NCBI GenBank assembly: GCA_028534125.1
Contig: CM052816.1
Location: 11,906,001-11,970,000 of the forward strand
Direction of reading: 5' to 3'
Length of the DNA stretch: 64,000 nt
Origin: Lama glama
Lineage: Eukaryota
In this document: positions 62,996 through 64,000 of the stretch, in pieces
How the letters are laid out: every line of letters begins with the position of its first letter
Position numbering within the stretch: position 1 is the stretch's first letter
Notes under the pieces: model-generated
The model's database searches: none
Seen by the model: only the letters and a program-made list of their open reading frames with translations
Told to the model about the DNA's origin: nothing
Position numbers and translations under genes: made by a program

Positions 62996-63430
62996 TCCAG
63001 ACCCACACTAAAAATATCATAATTTAAAATAACAAAAGTTAAAGAGAGAATTCTAAAGGCACTAACCAAAAACAAAGAATCATATACAAGGGAACCGCCC
63101 ATAAGATGATCAACTGATTTCTCTGCAGAAATTTTACAGACCAGGAAGGACCAGCATGATACATTCTAAATGCTCAAAGGGAAAAAATCCCAACCTAAGA
63201 TACTCTGCACAAAAGATTATATCATTTAGAAGAGAAGAAGAAAGAACAACTCAGACAAGAAAAAAACCTAAAATAGTTCATCAATACTGTTTGCTAAATG
63301 TACGTTACAAGAAATGTTGAAAGGTATTCTCTAAATGGAAAAGAAGTAAAAACCTATAGGAAAGGAAAACTACCACCAGGAAAGGCAGATCTATAGTCAC
63401 GACTGAGGATCAACTACTTCAGTCAGCCAG
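62996..63430 (+). mobile_element. Inverted L1 segment: ORF1 3' part plus inter-ORF
   Basis: Reverse complement of ~38200-38620, e.g. gaaatgttgaaaggtattctctaaatggaaaagaagtaa; also aactgatttctctgcagaaa. Confidence 0.9.
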
Positions 63431-63733
63431 GACGGGGACGCCCAGGCTGGGGCTCCGCCTGTCCACTCCCCAGGTCAGGTGTCTACCCATGCAGTCTCCT
63501 TCTTCCTCTGAGTTTTCTCCCAGGGGCACAGGCCCTGACCAAATTAATTTTCTTCCCCTCGAATCCAATTACATGTGCGTCTTTCTTACAGCCAGCTTGT
63601 ACAGCAGTCCTTCTGCCACTCTGCATTTAGTTTTCAGGGACAACTATTTTCACATGCAGGTGTGTTTTTGATGTGCTTGTGGGGAGGAGTTGAGCTCCAT
63701 GTCCTGTTAGTCTCTCTTCTTGATCTCTCTCTC
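63431..63733 (-). mobile_element. Extreme 5' end of the L1 5'UTR
   Basis: Colinear with ~40460-40738 (ctctgag..tctcccaggg..cacagg.cctgacc; tcttacagcc; tttttgatgt). Confidence 0.85.
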
Positions 63734-63734
63734 G

Positions 63735-64000
63735 GATGTGATTTTAAACGTAATTTTTAAACTTTGTCTTTCTGATAGTTCACTGTTAGTGTATAGAAAA
63801 GGAACACGTTTCTGCATATAAGTTTTGCATGCTGCAACTTTGCTGAATTCAGTTACTAGTTACAATAGTTTGTGGGTGGAGACTGTAGGGTTTTCTGTAT
63901 AAAGCATCATGTCATCTGCCATAAGTGACAACTGTACATCTTTCTTTCCAATCTGGCTATGTCTTACTTCTTTTTCTTGTCTCACTGTGGTTAGGCCTTC
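63735..64000 (-). mobile_element. L1 ORF2 (RT region), continuing beyond the window
   Basis: Colinear with ~35600-35860 (ctttctgatagtt...tagtgtata; gctgaattc; atcatgtc). Confidence 0.9.

Noticed and set aside
1..64000. CRISPR array, operon, prophage, intact ERV or processed pseudogene
   Set aside because: No regularly spaced repeats, no long intact ORFs, no gag/pol/env remnants and no mRNA-like retrocopy were recognised; the sequence is typical eutherian non-coding DNA

Overview
Repeat-rich, CpG-poor mammalian genomic DNA, most likely from a camelid. The basis is a tRNA-Ala-derived Vic-1-like SINE plus artiodactyl/camelid-type L1 3' ends, with no Alu, Bov-A/Bov-tA or PRE1 seen. I cannot recognise any protein-coding gene, so the window reads as a large intron or gene-poor interval. 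It is filled with ancient eutherian repeats (MIR, L2, L3/CR1, L1M, MLT1, LTR33, MER2B, MER3, MER5, MER47, MER102) and younger L1s. These include a decayed near-full-length ~6.9 kb L1 (33.8-40.7 kb, minus strand) and a four-segment rearranged L1 (61.7-64 kb). An exact 500-N scaffold gap lies at 22890-23389. Repeat-free blocks carry a strong CTCF motif, homeodomain/POU-type motifs and a few unverified exon candidates; the best is a 130-nt plus-strand exon-like segment at 2996-3125 followed by a terminal-exon-like segment at 6230-6460. I find no evidence of a new multi-gene system. All repeat families were assigned by eye from remembered consensus sequences, and boundaries are approximate unless TSDs or splice sites are quoted.
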